From contig NZ_CP011041.1 in assembly GCF_002310835.1 (NCBI RefSeq), forward strand, positions 900,001 to 932,000: DNA of 32,000 nt, written 5' to 3'. The notes below the pieces were generated by a model that did no database searches, had not been told where the DNA came from, and was given only the letters and a program-made list of their open reading frames with translations. The first letter of the stretch is position 1, and each line of letters begins with the position of its first letter. Below are positions 15,213-24,328 of this stretch, in pieces. The stretch is from Pseudoalteromonas tetraodonis (lineage in GTDB: Bacteria; Pseudomonadota; Gammaproteobacteria; Enterobacterales; Alteromonadaceae). The translations under genes were made by a program, and so were the position numbers.

Positions 15213-18200
15213 ATGAAATCAATATTTAAGAAAAGTATAACGGCTATTGCCGTATCAGCATCCTTAGGTCTAGCATTACCTGCTGTTGCATCTGATGTAA
15301 TAGGAACTGTTAATAATATTAATGATAATAGTTCTTACACTGTAAAAGTTAAAAACCCTGCAACTGGTTTAGAGCGTACTCTAAATATCTCTAGTGAAGG
15401 TACCTTTCGTTTTGCCTCCCTGCCTACAGGTAGTTACGAGATACAAATATTAAAAGGCGATGCTGTAGTTGCTGAAGACCGCGTTAGAGTCTCTTTAGGT
15501 GCCAATTCAAAAGCTAACTTTGACCTAAACAGTTTCGATTCTTCTGGCCCAGAGGTAATTCAAGTCGTTGGTGCTCGTATTTCATCAATAGATCTTTCAA
15601 CAGCAGATTCGGGCCTAGTTATTACAGATGCTGAAATTGACAGAATGCCAATTAATCGTGATTTGACATCAGTTGCATTATTAGCACCTGGCGCAGTAAA
15701 AGGCGATAGCGCGTTTGGTAATACAGCATCATTTGGCGGTTCCTCTGTTGCAGAAAATGCGTGTTATATTAATGGATTAGAAGTTACTAATACTCGCCAA
15801 GGCTTAGGGTGTGGTGAAGTTCCGTTTGAATTTTATGATCAATTTCAAGTTAAAACAGGTGGTTATTCAGCCAAGTTTGGTCGAGCTACTGGTGGTACTA
15901 TTAATACAACTACAAAAGGTGGTACTAACGAGTGGGAATTTTCTGCTGTAGTTCAGTACCAACCTGATTCTTTGCAAGAAGAGGGCAGCATTTCTCGTGG
16001 CAATAATGGAGCAGGTCAAATTTTCAGAGATGAAAGCTATGACTCTGATAACAAGACTGACGTTACACTTGCCGTTGGTGGCCCACTTATTGAAGACACA
16101 CTTTTTTTCTATGGTTTAATAAACCCTCGTGATACTGAGTCGTCTTATACTTGGGGTGGAGATGAATTTTCACCGAACGATCAGTACCGAGAAGAATCTG
16201 CATCTGGCGGAGATAATTTATTCTGGGGTGGTAAACTCGATTGGGATATTAATGAAAACCATCGCTTAAGCTATTTTGCTTATTCAAATCGTCGTGATAT
16301 TGAACGTTCTGTTTATGATTACAACAACGGTGTTATAGGCGACCGCAAAGATGGTGCATTACTTAAGCGTGGTGGCGAAGCGCAAAGCTTGAGTTACACA
16401 GGTGTACTAACTGAAGATTTAGTTGTCACAGCAATGGCTGGTACAATTGAGACTGAGTATGAAACGCAATCAGAAAACTTAATTTGCCCAAGTATTACAG
16501 ATTCTCGTGGTACTTCTAATCCAATCACTGGTTGTGGTGCTGGTGGTAGCTTTGGTGCAAATAATGATGAAAATACTCAGTACCGCCTTGATATTGAGTA
16601 TGTTTGGCAAGACCATCAGATTAGCTTTGGTATCGATTATCAAGAGCGTGAATCTGAGCGTGTGAGTCGTCCTATCGGTGGCCACAGTTATGATTACCGT
16701 ACACTAGCGGCTAACGGCAGTTTTCAAGCTGATAATGGCGCATTAACAAACAATACTGGTAATGTATTGCAATACGTTGAAGATCGAGTGTTTGATGGTG
16801 GCGGTAGCTTTAAGTCAGAGCTTACGGCTTATTACATAGAAGATAATTGGCAAGTAACAGATGATTTTGCGGTAACTGTTGGCTTACGTATAGATGAGTT
16901 TGATAGTTGGGGCACAACAGATAAGCTACTTACAAGCTTCAAAACGGATGTTGCTCCTCGTTTAGGTTTCACGTGGGATCCAACGAGCACTGGCGACACT
17001 AAAGTATATGGTACTTATGGACGTTATTACTTACCTGTTGCAAATAACACTATTTTTCGTGCTGCTTCTGGGGTAAGTGATATTACTACTGCTTACACGT
17101 ATACGGGTGTTGATGCAACGACAGGAGCACCTACAGGTTTGGCTCCTTTGGCGGATACTCTTGGCTCAGGCGGTTTAGCAAACTCACAACAAGTAAGTGG
17201 TGTTCCGGTTATCCCAGAAAAAGATATTTTCCAAGCGCAAGAAGCCGAACCATTTTCAAAAGATGAATATATTTTAGGTGTACAGCAAGCACTAAATGAT
17301 GAGTACACTGTTGGTATTAAAGGTGTTTATCGTGAAGTTGCTACTGCATTAGATGATTACTGTGGTCGTTATGCTTACCCATATTGTGTGATGATTAATC
17401 CTGGTTCATCTTCTAGCTGGTATAGTGATGGTTACTATTGGAATGGTACTGATTGGGGTGATTCAAGCTTTGATAACGACGGTGTTCCAGATGAAGGTTC
17501 ACTAACGACTTACTCTGCCGACACTATTGGTTTACCTAAGGCTAATAATGAATATACCGCCGTAGAGTTTAACTTAAATTATCAGGCTGATACGATTCGT
17601 TACCAGTTTGGTTATACATGGGCACGAAGTGTTGGTAACTTTGAAGGTGCTGTTAAATCCGATATTGGCCAAGCTGATGCGGGTATTACACAAGACTTCG
17701 ACTTCCCAGCTGTAATGGATGGCTCTCAGGGTTATCAACCTAATGATCGTCGTCATACATTTAAATTCTTTGGTAGTTGGGAGCCAGTTGAAAACTTGAC
17801 TGTAGGTTGGAATGCAACATTACAAAGTGGTCGTCCTAAAAGTTTATTCGGCCAAGGTTACCCGTCAAAAGATCCAAATCTAAATGGTGGTTGGGGTGAT
17901 ACTTTCTACATTTACACAAATGAGTGTCCTGATACCAATGGTAATGGTGAATGTGAGCAAGAAGAAAAAATCTATGAGAAGCATGACCGTGGTACAAATG
18001 GTCGTACACCATGGACATTTAACTTAGATTTATCTGCTGCATATGACTTTACTGTTTCAGATATTGATATGAGAGCATCAATCAATGTGTTCAACATATT
18101 AAATAGTCAGTCAGAAGCGTCTGTAAATGAGCATTACGAGCAAAATGAAGGCGAAGTTAATGCTTACCATGACGCTGCTTACTCTTGGCAGACTCCACGT

Positions 18201-18233
18201 TATGTTCGTATAGGGTTTGAAGCTCGATTCTAA
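15213..18233 (+). CDS. TonB-dependent outer-membrane receptor with an N-terminal carboxypeptidase-regulatory-like domain (Oar-like)
   Basis: 1006 aa. In order: a signal peptide, a CarbopepD_reg-like beta-sandwich (GTFRFASLPTGSYEIQI), a TonB-box-like segment (EVIQVVGARIS), a plug (INRDLTSVALLAPG, FGGSS..EN), a long barrel, and a C-terminal aromatic residue (...IGFEARF). Confidence 0.9.
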   Translation: MKSIFKKSITAIAVSASLGLALPAVASDVIGTVNNINDNSSYTVKVKNPATGLERTLNISSEGTFRFASLPTGSYEIQILKGDAVVAEDRVRVSLGANSKANFDLNSFDSSGPEVIQVVGARISSIDLSTADSGLVITDAEIDRMPINRDLTSVALLAPGAVKGDSAFGNTASFGGSSVAENACYINGLEVTNTRQGLGCGEVPFEFYDQFQVKTGGYSAKFGRATGGTINTTTKGGTNEWEFSAVVQYQPDSLQEEGSISRGNNGAGQIFRDESYDSDNKTDVTLAVGGPLIEDTLFFYGLINPRDTESSYTWGGDEFSPNDQYREESASGGDNLFWGGKLDWDINENHRLSYFAYSNRRDIERSVYDYNNGVIGDRKDGALLKRGGEAQSLSYTGVLTEDLVVTAMAGTIETEYETQSENLICPSITDSRGTSNPITGCGAGGSFGANNDENTQYRLDIEYVWQDHQISFGIDYQERESERVSRPIGGHSYDYRTLAANGSFQADNGALTNNTGNVLQYVEDRVFDGGGSFKSELTAYYIEDNWQVTDDFAVTVGLRIDEFDSWGTTDKLLTSFKTDVAPRLGFTWDPTSTGDTKVYGTYGRYYLPVANNTIFRAASGVSDITTAYTYTGVDATTGAPTGLAPLADTLGSGGLANSQQVSGVPVIPEKDIFQAQEAEPFSKDEYILGVQQALNDEYTVGIKGVYREVATALDDYCGRYAYPYCVMINPGSSSSWYSDGYYWNGTDWGDSSFDNDGVPDEGSLTTYSADTIGLPKANNEYTAVEFNLNYQADTIRYQFGYTWARSVGNFEGAVKSDIGQADAGITQDFDFPAVMDGSQGYQPNDRRHTFKFFGSWEPVENLTVGWNATLQSGRPKSLFGQGYPSKDPNLNGGWGDTFYIYTNECPDTNGNGECEQEEKIYEKHDRGTNGRTPWTFNLDLSAAYDFTVSDIDMRASINVFNILNSQSEASVNEHYEQNEGEVNAYHDAAYSWQTPRYVRIGFEARF

Positions 18234-18267
18234 TCAACAGAATAACGATTCAATAGCGTTAAAAAAC

Positions 18268-18293
18268 AAAAAAAGCCCGAAAGGGCTTTTTTT
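18268..18293. terminator. Bidirectional terminator between the convergent receptor gene and hemL
   Basis: AAAAAAAGCCC-GAAA-GGGCTTTTTTT. It is identical to the mrcB terminator over a 31-nt span except at one position. Confidence 0.85.
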
Positions 18294-18321
18294 ATGGGTA
18301 AGCGTTTTTAAAAACTAAACG

Positions 18322-19602
18322 TTATAGCTTAGCAAAAGCGCGCTCTGCCGCTTCAATCGTTGCTTGAACTTCTTGCTCTGTGTGCGCAGCACACACAAAA
18401 CCAGCTTCAAACGCTGAAGGCGCTAAATAAACCCCTTCTTCAAGCATTAAGTGGAAGAACTTTTTAAAGCGCTCTAAATCACATTCAGTGGCTTGTTTGT
18501 AAGTAGTTACTTTTTCTGCATCGGTGAAGAAAAAGCCATACATACCGCCAGCGTAGTTAGTCGTTAAGGCAATACCTGCTTTTTTAGCTGCGGCTTCAAA
18601 GCCTTCACAAATCGCTTTACTAATGGCTTCTAACTTATCATGCACGCCAGGTGCGCTTAGTAGTTCAAGTGATTTTAAGCCTGCTGCCATCGCAATAGGG
18701 TTACCTGAAAGTGTACCCGCTTGATAAACAGGGCCCACAGGGGCTATGTAATCCATGATTTCTGTTTTACCACCAAACGCGCCTACTGGCATGCCACCAC
18801 CAATTACTTTACCTAAACAGGTTAAGTCTGGTTTGATGTTGTAATACGCTTGAGCGCCACCAAGGGCGACACGAAAACCTGTCATTACTTCATCAAAAAT
18901 AAGCACGGATTGATACTGATCACATACTTCACGCAGACCTTCTAAAAAGCCGGGTACTGGTGGAATACAGTTCATGTTACCGGCAACTGGTTCAACAATA
19001 ATACACGCGATTTCATCGGCGTACTTGGCAAAAATCGCTTTCACTTCTTCAATATTGTTAAACGAAACGGTGAGTGTGTGCTTAGCTAAATCTTCAGGAA
19101 TACCTGGAGAGTTAGGTACACCCATAGTTAATGCGCCAGAGCCGGCTTTTACTAGTAATGAGTCTGCATGGCCGTGGTAACACCCTTCAAATTTTAAAAT
19201 TTTGTCACGACCAGTAAAACCACGGGCTAAACGAATTGCACTCATTGTTGCTTCAGTACCAGAGCTCACCATGCGTACTTTTTCGATTGATGGTACTAGC
19301 TCTTTTACTTTTTCAGCCATTAAAATTTCAGCTTCAGTAGGCGCTCCGTAGCTTAAACCATTTTCTACCGCGTCATGTACTGCTTGTTTAATTTCAGGGT
19401 GATTGTGGCCCATAATCATTGGACCCCAAGAGCCTACATAATCGATGTAACGGTTGCCATCAGCATCAAATGTAAACGCGCCCTGTGCTTTAGTAATAAA
19501 CAGCGGAGTACCACCTACACCATTAAATGCACGCACTGGCGAATTTACTCCACCAGGAATAGAGTCTTGAGCTCGTTTAAATAAGTCTTGGCTAATTGTC
19601 AT
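18322..19602 (-). CDS. hemL: Glutamate-1-semialdehyde 2,1-aminomutase
   Basis: 426 aa. [36 protein letters not shown] and the PLP-Lys region CLGKVIGGG. Confidence 0.97.
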   Translation of the reverse strand: MTISQDLFKRAQDSIPGGVNSPVRAFNGVGGTPLFITKAQGAFTFDADGNRYIDYVGSWGPMIMGHNHPEIKQAVHDAVENGLSYGAPTEAEILMAEKVKELVPSIEKVRMVSSGTEATMSAIRLARGFTGRDKILKFEGCYHGHADSLLVKAGSGALTMGVPNSPGIPEDLAKHTLTVSFNNIEEVKAIFAKYADEIACIIVEPVAGNMNCIPPVPGFLEGLREVCDQYQSVLIFDEVMTGFRVALGGAQAYYNIKPDLTCLGKVIGGGMPVGAFGGKTEIMDYIAPVGPVYQAGTLSGNPIAMAAGLKSLELLSAPGVHDKLEAISKAICEGFEAAAKKAGIALTTNYAGGMYGFFFTDAEKVTTYKQATECDLERFKKFFHLMLEEGVYLAPSAFEAGFVCAAHTEQEVQATIEAAERAFAKL

Positions 19603-19640
19603 GAAAAATCCTATTGTTTTATCACTTTAAAATTAAAAGC

Positions 19641-20657
19641 TTAGCTGTCGCGTTTGCGGCTAAACCAAGGAACGCTTACTTCATACTGCTCGACTTTGTT
19701 TTCTACGCCGAGGGTTAAAGCAAACAGTGCCATACGAATGAGGACGCCATTTTGTACTTGGCGGAATATCGCTAGATTGTCGTTAGCATTTAAGTCGTTA
19801 TCAAGTTCGTTTGCCTCTAGGCGACTATCGCGAGGAAGCGGGTGCATTAATACTGAATTAGGTTTGCAATGAGTATTATAAATAGACTGGCTAATTCTAA
19901 ATCCACCACGATACTTATTAGCTTCTTCTTGTGATGGAAAACGCTCTTCTTGGATTCGTGTTTGATAAACGATATCGGCTGCTAAGTTACCTTCCATTTT
20001 ATCTACCAGTTCAATTTTATGTCCTGCATTTTCAACCGCAGATAAAATTGAGTCAGGCATTTGCAAGCCATTAGGGGCAACCATCGAAAACTTAATGTCT
20101 TTGTAATGACACAGTAACTTAGAGAGTGAGTGAACAGTACGGCCATATTTTAAATCGCCGACTAGCGCAATATGCATACCATCGATATTTTGATCGAAGC
20201 GGTTAAGTTCACGCTCAATAGTTAATAAATCAAGCAGTGCTTGGGTAGGGTGCTCATTGGGTCCATCACCACCGTTTATTACTGGTACGCTGCAACCTGT
20301 TGCAAATTCAGCTACCGAGCCTGAGTCAGGATGGCGCATAGCAACAGCATCAGCATACGCTGAAATAACTCGTGCGGTATCATAAAGTGATTCGCCCTTA
20401 GCAAGCGCAGAGCTTTGCATGCCGGTGGTTTCACGAACTAGTCCACCGAGTAAGTTAAACGCAGTGCCAAAACTAACACGAGTACGTGTACTGGGTTCAA
20501 AAAACAGATTTGCTAAAATCGCGCCTTCAAGCACGTTGGTCCGCTTTTGTTTTTTAGCGTATGGCTCCATTTTTTTTGCCACAGCAAATATGCGTTCAAT
20601 ACAGTCTCGGTCGAGTTGATTAACAGAGAGTATATTTTCACCTTGGAAACTGAACAT
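19641..20657 (-). CDS. pyrB: Aspartate carbamoyltransferase catalytic chain (E. coli-like PyrB type, with no adjacent pyrI)
   Basis: 338 aa. FFEPSTRTRVSF (carbamoyl-phosphate site), HPTQALLD, VGDLKYGRTVHS, TRIQEERF and HPLPR. It lies 38 nt upstream of hemL on the same strand. Confidence 0.85.
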   Translation of the reverse strand: MFSFQGENILSVNQLDRDCIERIFAVAKKMEPYAKKQKRTNVLEGAILANLFFEPSTRTRVSFGTAFNLLGGLVRETTGMQSSALAKGESLYDTARVISAYADAVAMRHPDSGSVAEFATGCSVPVINGGDGPNEHPTQALLDLLTIERELNRFDQNIDGMHIALVGDLKYGRTVHSLSKLLCHYKDIKFSMVAPNGLQMPDSILSAVENAGHKIELVDKMEGNLAADIVYQTRIQEERFPSQEEANKYRGGFRISQSIYNTHCKPNSVLMHPLPRDSRLEANELDNDLNANDNLAIFRQVQNGVLIRMALFALTLGVENKVEQYEVSVPWFSRKRDS

Positions 20658-20678
20658 GGGGGTTATTCCTAGTTATTC

Positions 20679-20718
20679 AAAAAGGCGCGATAATCCACAA
20701 AGGAGCACGCAATCGCGC
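20679..20718 (-). promoter_or_regulatory. Leader hairpin followed by a U-tract upstream of pyrB (candidate attenuator)
   Basis: The minus strand reads GCGCGAT-(20 nt)-ATCGCGC-C-TTTTT. This ends about 20 nt before the pyrB ATG, with AGGA in between. A TATAAT hexamer (20726-20721) lies just upstream. Confidence 0.35.
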
Positions 20719-20769
20719 GTATTATACAAACTTAGTATGCGACTTGGCAGCGTAATTTATAAGCTTTTG

Positions 20770-21204
20770 CTAAAAGCTTGGCTTAATAATCGCCAAAGCG
20801 ACAATAACGAGTAGCGCTAAAACAGGTAGCTCGTTGAAAATGCGATAAAACCGATCGCTTTTAGTATTTCTATCGTGTTTAAAATCAGCTAACAATTTGA
20901 AACAGTAGCCATGATAAATATATAAAATAATCACCAGCACGAGTTTGTAATGCAGCCACATGCTGTAACGAAACCATTCTCGGCCGTATTCAACAATAGT
21001 CAATACGCCAAATACTGCGGTAAGCACCGCAAAGGGTGTAACAAAATAAAGTAGCCGACGTTCCATTACTTTTAGCATTGAGTTACACGATTTTTCTTCA
21101 CTCATAGCGTGATAAACAAAAAGTCGAGGTAGGTAAAAAATACCGGCAAACCAAGCAATCATAAAAAATACGTGCAAGGTTTTGTAGATTAATAATGCGC
21201 TCAT
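20770..21204 (-). CDS. hemJ: Protoporphyrinogen IX oxidase, HemJ family (4-TM membrane protein)
   Basis: 144 aa. The family-typical N-terminus is YKTLHVFFMIAWFAGIFYLPRLFVYH, and there are four predicted TM helices. Confidence 0.85.
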   Translation of the reverse strand: MSALLIYKTLHVFFMIAWFAGIFYLPRLFVYHAMSEEKSCNSMLKVMERRLLYFVTPFAVLTAVFGVLTIVEYGREWFRYSMWLHYKLVLVIILYIYHGYCFKLLADFKHDRNTKSDRFYRIFNELPVLALLVIVALAIIKPSF

Positions 21205-21220
21205 ATTGTTCTCATTATTG

Positions 21221-22903
21221 TTAAAGTAGACTGTTACGTATGGTTAAAATATGGTGGATTTGATCCCACCTTAGTAATCCCATAATTTGTTGATTATCTA
21301 ATAAGTTATATACATAAAGTGCACCACTGCGTTTATCATTCAAAATTTCAAATGCATCTGCAAGGGTGGCTTGGCTGCTAATACCTTGTAAGCTAATGTA
21401 TTTTATATTGACCGCCTGATCAGACATTAAACTTAAGTCATATTCAGCTAGGCGATAACCATTTTCTTCATCAAATACAATTAATGGTGTTTGGCTGTCC
21501 ATGGCATCTAAACTGTTTTTTATTTGCTCTTTATCGTCGGAGTAGAGCAGTTTAAAGTCTTCATCCATGTCATCCATCACTCCTACTTTCTGTAAGGCTT
21601 CAGTGGCGGGAGAGACATGATAGGGAAGCCCTTGAAAGTCTAATTGCTGTAAAAATATGGAGCGGTTACCAAATACCTGTAAAGCTGTAACGTAGGCGGT
21701 AGTAATGACGATCATCGCAGGCACAATAATTTCCGGTGACGAGGTCAGCTCCATCACAGTGGTCAGTGCCGCTAAGGGGGAGTGTAGTGTGGCCGCTAAT
21801 AATCCTGCCATGCCCAGCACCCCGTAAGTGCCGGCTATATCGGTGCCGGGGCTAATAAATTGAGCAAAAAATGCCATTAAAGTACCGGTTAAAACGCCCA
21901 GCCCAATAACCGGACCTATCAACCCACCAGGAATACCTAAGCCAATAGCAAATAAGGTGGCTAATAACTTAGCAATTAAAATAGTAGTGAGTAGTTGAAT
22001 ATTTTCAGGTGACTCAACCGCAATAGTGATAGCGCTCATACCCGAGCCCATTGCTTGTGGAACTGCATAGGCAATTAAGCTGGCAATACACCCTGCAATC
22101 ATTAAACGTGGAAACATACTAAGTGGTTTAAAGGTTTTAATAATTAACATTAAATTCTGATTAAAAGCATAAGCCACCGCGCCTAATCCCATGCCGCATA
22201 AAATTAAATAGGGGTAATGCCACCCACTTAAGGGGGCAATGGTTATTAGCGCAAGTTCTGAGCCCTCACCAAATACAAACTGTGTTGCTAATGCGCCGGT
22301 AACGGCTGCGAGCATAATCGGCACAAAAATATGTACTTTGTATTCTCTGAGCACCACTTCCATTACAAAAATAACCGCAGCGAGGGGGGTGTTGAACGAT
22401 GCAGCAATGCCCGCGGCAACACCACAACCACTGAGGGTACGCATAGCGTTGTGGGGTAAGTGTAGTTTATTTGCTAATATGCTTGCCCCCGCTGCTCCCA
22501 TATGAACTGAGGGGCCTTCGCGGCCAACAGAAAAACCGCTGATCAGTGCCAGCGCGCCGCCTACAAACTGGTTAACCGTATTATAAAGTGGCATTTGCCC
22601 GTAATGACGTTTTATTCTGTGTATTACAAAAGGGATACCCAAGCGGTAATGTTTAAAGCCGGTAAAAGCCGCAAATGTGGCTATCAGAAGTGCAGCAATC
22701 AAAGGCATTAATACCCGTTCTAGGGTAGGGAGAGTAGTAAAGTCGTCAGGGGTTTCTAAAAATAAGCTTTGAAAAAATAAAATGGTTAGGCGAAACAGTA
22801 TAATGAAAAATGCAGCAATTAATCCGGCACTTACGCCCAATAAGCATAATTGTACGGATGTTTTTGGTTTTGCTAATCGACGTCTCAGTCGCTCAAGCCA
22901 CAT
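21221..22903 (-). CDS. ClC-family chloride channel / H+-Cl- exchanger with a C-terminal cytoplasmic (CBS-like) extension
   Basis: 560 aa. Selectivity-filter motifs are GREGPSVHMGAA and GIPGGLIGP. A soluble tail of about 130 aa follows the membrane domain. It sits next to erpA, as E. coli clcA does. Confidence 0.9.
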   Translation of the reverse strand: MWLERLRRRLAKPKTSVQLCLLGVSAGLIAAFFIILFRLTILFFQSLFLETPDDFTTLPTLERVLMPLIAALLIATFAAFTGFKHYRLGIPFVIHRIKRHYGQMPLYNTVNQFVGGALALISGFSVGREGPSVHMGAAGASILANKLHLPHNAMRTLSGCGVAAGIAASFNTPLAAVIFVMEVVLREYKVHIFVPIMLAAVTGALATQFVFGEGSELALITIAPLSGWHYPYLILCGMGLGAVAYAFNQNLMLIIKTFKPLSMFPRLMIAGCIASLIAYAVPQAMGSGMSAITIAVESPENIQLLTTILIAKLLATLFAIGLGIPGGLIGPVIGLGVLTGTLMAFFAQFISPGTDIAGTYGVLGMAGLLAATLHSPLAALTTVMELTSSPEIIVPAMIVITTAYVTALQVFGNRSIFLQQLDFQGLPYHVSPATEALQKVGVMDDMDEDFKLLYSDDKEQIKNSLDAMDSQTPLIVFDEENGYRLAEYDLSLMSDQAVNIKYISLQGISSQATLADAFEILNDKRSGALYVYNLLDNQQIMGLLRWDQIHHILTIRNSLL

Positions 22904-23141
22904 GCTTTATTTCCCCGTAGCATTTTTAGGCGTCAAGTTTATCAAAATAGTCTAGGGAAGTCCTTGAGATTTTTAACAACCGATTAATTTAAATTAAATT
23001 TATAGTATATTGATTCACAGAACAGATTAAACGCGTATTGTTTTAATTAAAGCTTATAAACGCGAGCTTACTATACTTGATTAAAACACTCAGGTATTAG
23101 ATAATCTGGTGCATTAGTATAAAGGTATTGAGGGTTATAAA

Positions 23142-23480
23142 ATGTCTGGAGAATTACCCATTAAGTTTAGCGACGCAGCCGCTGTGCGTGTTAAACAGTT
23201 AATCGACGAAGAAGAAAACCCAGATCTAAAACTGCGTGTTTATGTCACAGGCGGTGGTTGTTCAGGTTTTCAATACGGTTTTACTTTTGATGAAAAAGCG
23301 AATCCTGGCGATTTAGAGATTGTTAAAAACGGGGTTACCTTAGTCATTGACCCAATGAGTATCCAGTATTTAGTTGACGGTGAAGTAGACTACACCGAAG
23401 GGTTAGAAGGGGCACGCTTTTTTGTCTCTAACCCTAATGCCACAACAACGTGTGGCTGTGGCGCTAGTTTTAGCGTGTAA
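23142..23480 (+). CDS. erpA: Iron-sulfur cluster insertion protein ErpA (A-type carrier)
   Basis: 112 aa, collinear with E. coli ErpA: [31 protein letters not shown] and C-terminal CGCGASFSV. Confidence 0.97.
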   Translation: MSGELPIKFSDAAAVRVKQLIDEEENPDLKLRVYVTGGGCSGFQYGFTFDEKANPGDLEIVKNGVTLVIDPMSIQYLVDGEVDYTEGLEGARFFVSNPNATTTCGCGASFSV

Positions 23481-23495
23481 AGATACCGTTATTTG

Positions 23496-23527
23496 AAAAA
23501 AAAACCGCTTAATTAGCGGTTTTTTTA
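23496..23527. terminator. Bidirectional terminator after erpA
   Basis: AAAAAAAAACCGCT-taatt-AGCGGTTTTTTT. Confidence 0.85.
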
Positions 23528-23538
23528 TGTGTTTAAAA

Positions 23539-23727
23539 TCATAACTCAGTTGGTCTGTATTCTGTTATTTGCATTATTAACACAAAAAAACCAAGTACGA
23601 ATGCAGAGAAAGCTAAAATATAGATAAAGCCTTTTTTACCCTGTTTGATTGGAATTGCATAATGGCGCAAAAAAAAGTACCAGCCCAAGCATAAAATAAT
23701 AGGCAGTAAAAAAAGTAGTCTAAACAT
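23539..23727 (-). CDS. Hypothetical small membrane protein with two predicted TM helices
   Basis: 62 aa. Two hydrophobic stretches (LLFLLPIILCLGWYFFL and FIYILAFSAFVLGFFVLIM) are separated by a basic loop (KQGKKG). AAGG lies 7 nt before the ATG. I recognise no family. Confidence 0.5.
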   Translation of the reverse strand: MFRLLFLLPIILCLGWYFFLRHYAIPIKQGKKGFIYILAFSAFVLGFFVLIMQITEYRPTEL

Positions 23728-24041
23728 GATTTAGCCTTTTTAAGCAAATAATAAGTTAATAATAAACGGCTTATATTTAAATGAAACAAAAAAGTTATAA
23801 AATATTTAACCTTATTCAGAGTTAGTAAATATTTGTTGTTAAACTTTAATCGCATAATTACTAATTAATCATTCAGATCAACGATGAATGGTATATAATG
23901 TATCCAAGAGTGAAACGGGCAAGGTTTCATTTTTCACAATAATAAAGTGTTAATACATATTTGAGCGTTTTTATTGGTTGAATTGTAAGCGTTTACACTG
24001 CGCTTTAGTGAGTGGTTGTAGGTTTACAGTGTTGGCGATTT

Positions 24042-24051
24042 TAAGCGCTTA
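24042..24051. promoter_or_regulatory. Perfect 10-bp palindrome upstream of the XRE gene (candidate auto-operator)
   Basis: TAAGCGCTTA, 38 nt upstream of ATG 24089. A related AAGCG...CGCTT pair lies at about 23987-24006. Confidence 0.3.
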
Positions 24052-24088
24052 GCTATATGTATATTTAAACAACGAGTAGGAGTTGTAT

Positions 24089-24328
24089 ATGATGGGTAAA
24101 ACCGTATCTTCGGAAGAAAATGCAAAATTAACAAAGTGGCTTAAAACTAAGCGCCATGAAAAAGGCTACACCATGCGCAGCTTAGCGCAAATCTTGGGTA
24201 CGCCACATTCTTTTATTGGCAAAATTGAAAATCAGGAACGTCGTTTAGATGTAATTGAGTTTGTTCGCTACTGCAATGCATTAGAAGTCGACCCGTATGA
24301 AGCATTAAGCTTAATTAAAGCTGACTAA
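24089..24328 (+). CDS. XRE/Cro-C1-family helix-turn-helix transcriptional regulator
   Basis: About 79 aa. The HTH_3 core is GYTMRSLAQILGTPHSFIGKIENQERRLDVIEFVRYCNAL. I place the start at ATG 24089, 6 nt after AGGAG. The ORF track uses TTG 24083. Confidence 0.85.
   Translation: MMGKTVSSEENAKLTKWLKTKRHEKGYTMRSLAQILGTPHSFIGKIENQERRLDVIEFVRYCNALEVDPYEALSLIKAD

Noticed and set aside
8058-22505. Alternative-frame and antisense ORFs of 60-88 aa within the S10 peptidase gene, amtB, mrcB, the TonB receptor gene, hemL, pyrB and the ClC gene. Examples are 8058-8252, 8333-8560, 11668-11889, 11990-12217, 12638-12820, 14617-14856, 16479-16685, 17093-17308, 17574-17756, 17836-18018, 18974-19180, 19375-19584, 19654-19872, 20419-20619 and 22239-22505.
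   Set aside because: Each is nested in a well-supported gene in another frame or on the opposite strand. None carries a recognisable domain or translation signals.
22904-23141. A possible IscR site in the clc/erpA divergent promoter, ATAGTCTAGGGAAGTCCTTGAGAT.
   Set aside because: The AGTC blocks are direct rather than inverted, and I cannot align the sequence convincingly to either the type 1 or type 2 IscR motif from memory.
23613-23855. An 80-aa minus-strand ORF overlapping the 62-aa small membrane ORF in another frame.
   Set aside because: It extends into extremely AT-rich spacer, is rich in Leu/Lys/Phe/Tyr from AT codons, and has no Shine-Dalgarno. The 23539-23727 frame, with two clean TM helices and an AAGG site, is the better, though still tentative, call.
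23872-23935. A possible tiny transcript or leader attenuator upstream of the XRE gene: TTCAGA-N16-TATAAT (23872-23899) followed by the hairpin TGAAAC-gggcaag-GTTTCA plus TTTTT (23911-23935).
   Set aside because: The stem is only 6 bp and AT-rich, and the RNA would be about 30 nt. In DNA this AT-rich, promoter-like hexamers and weak hairpins are expected by chance.
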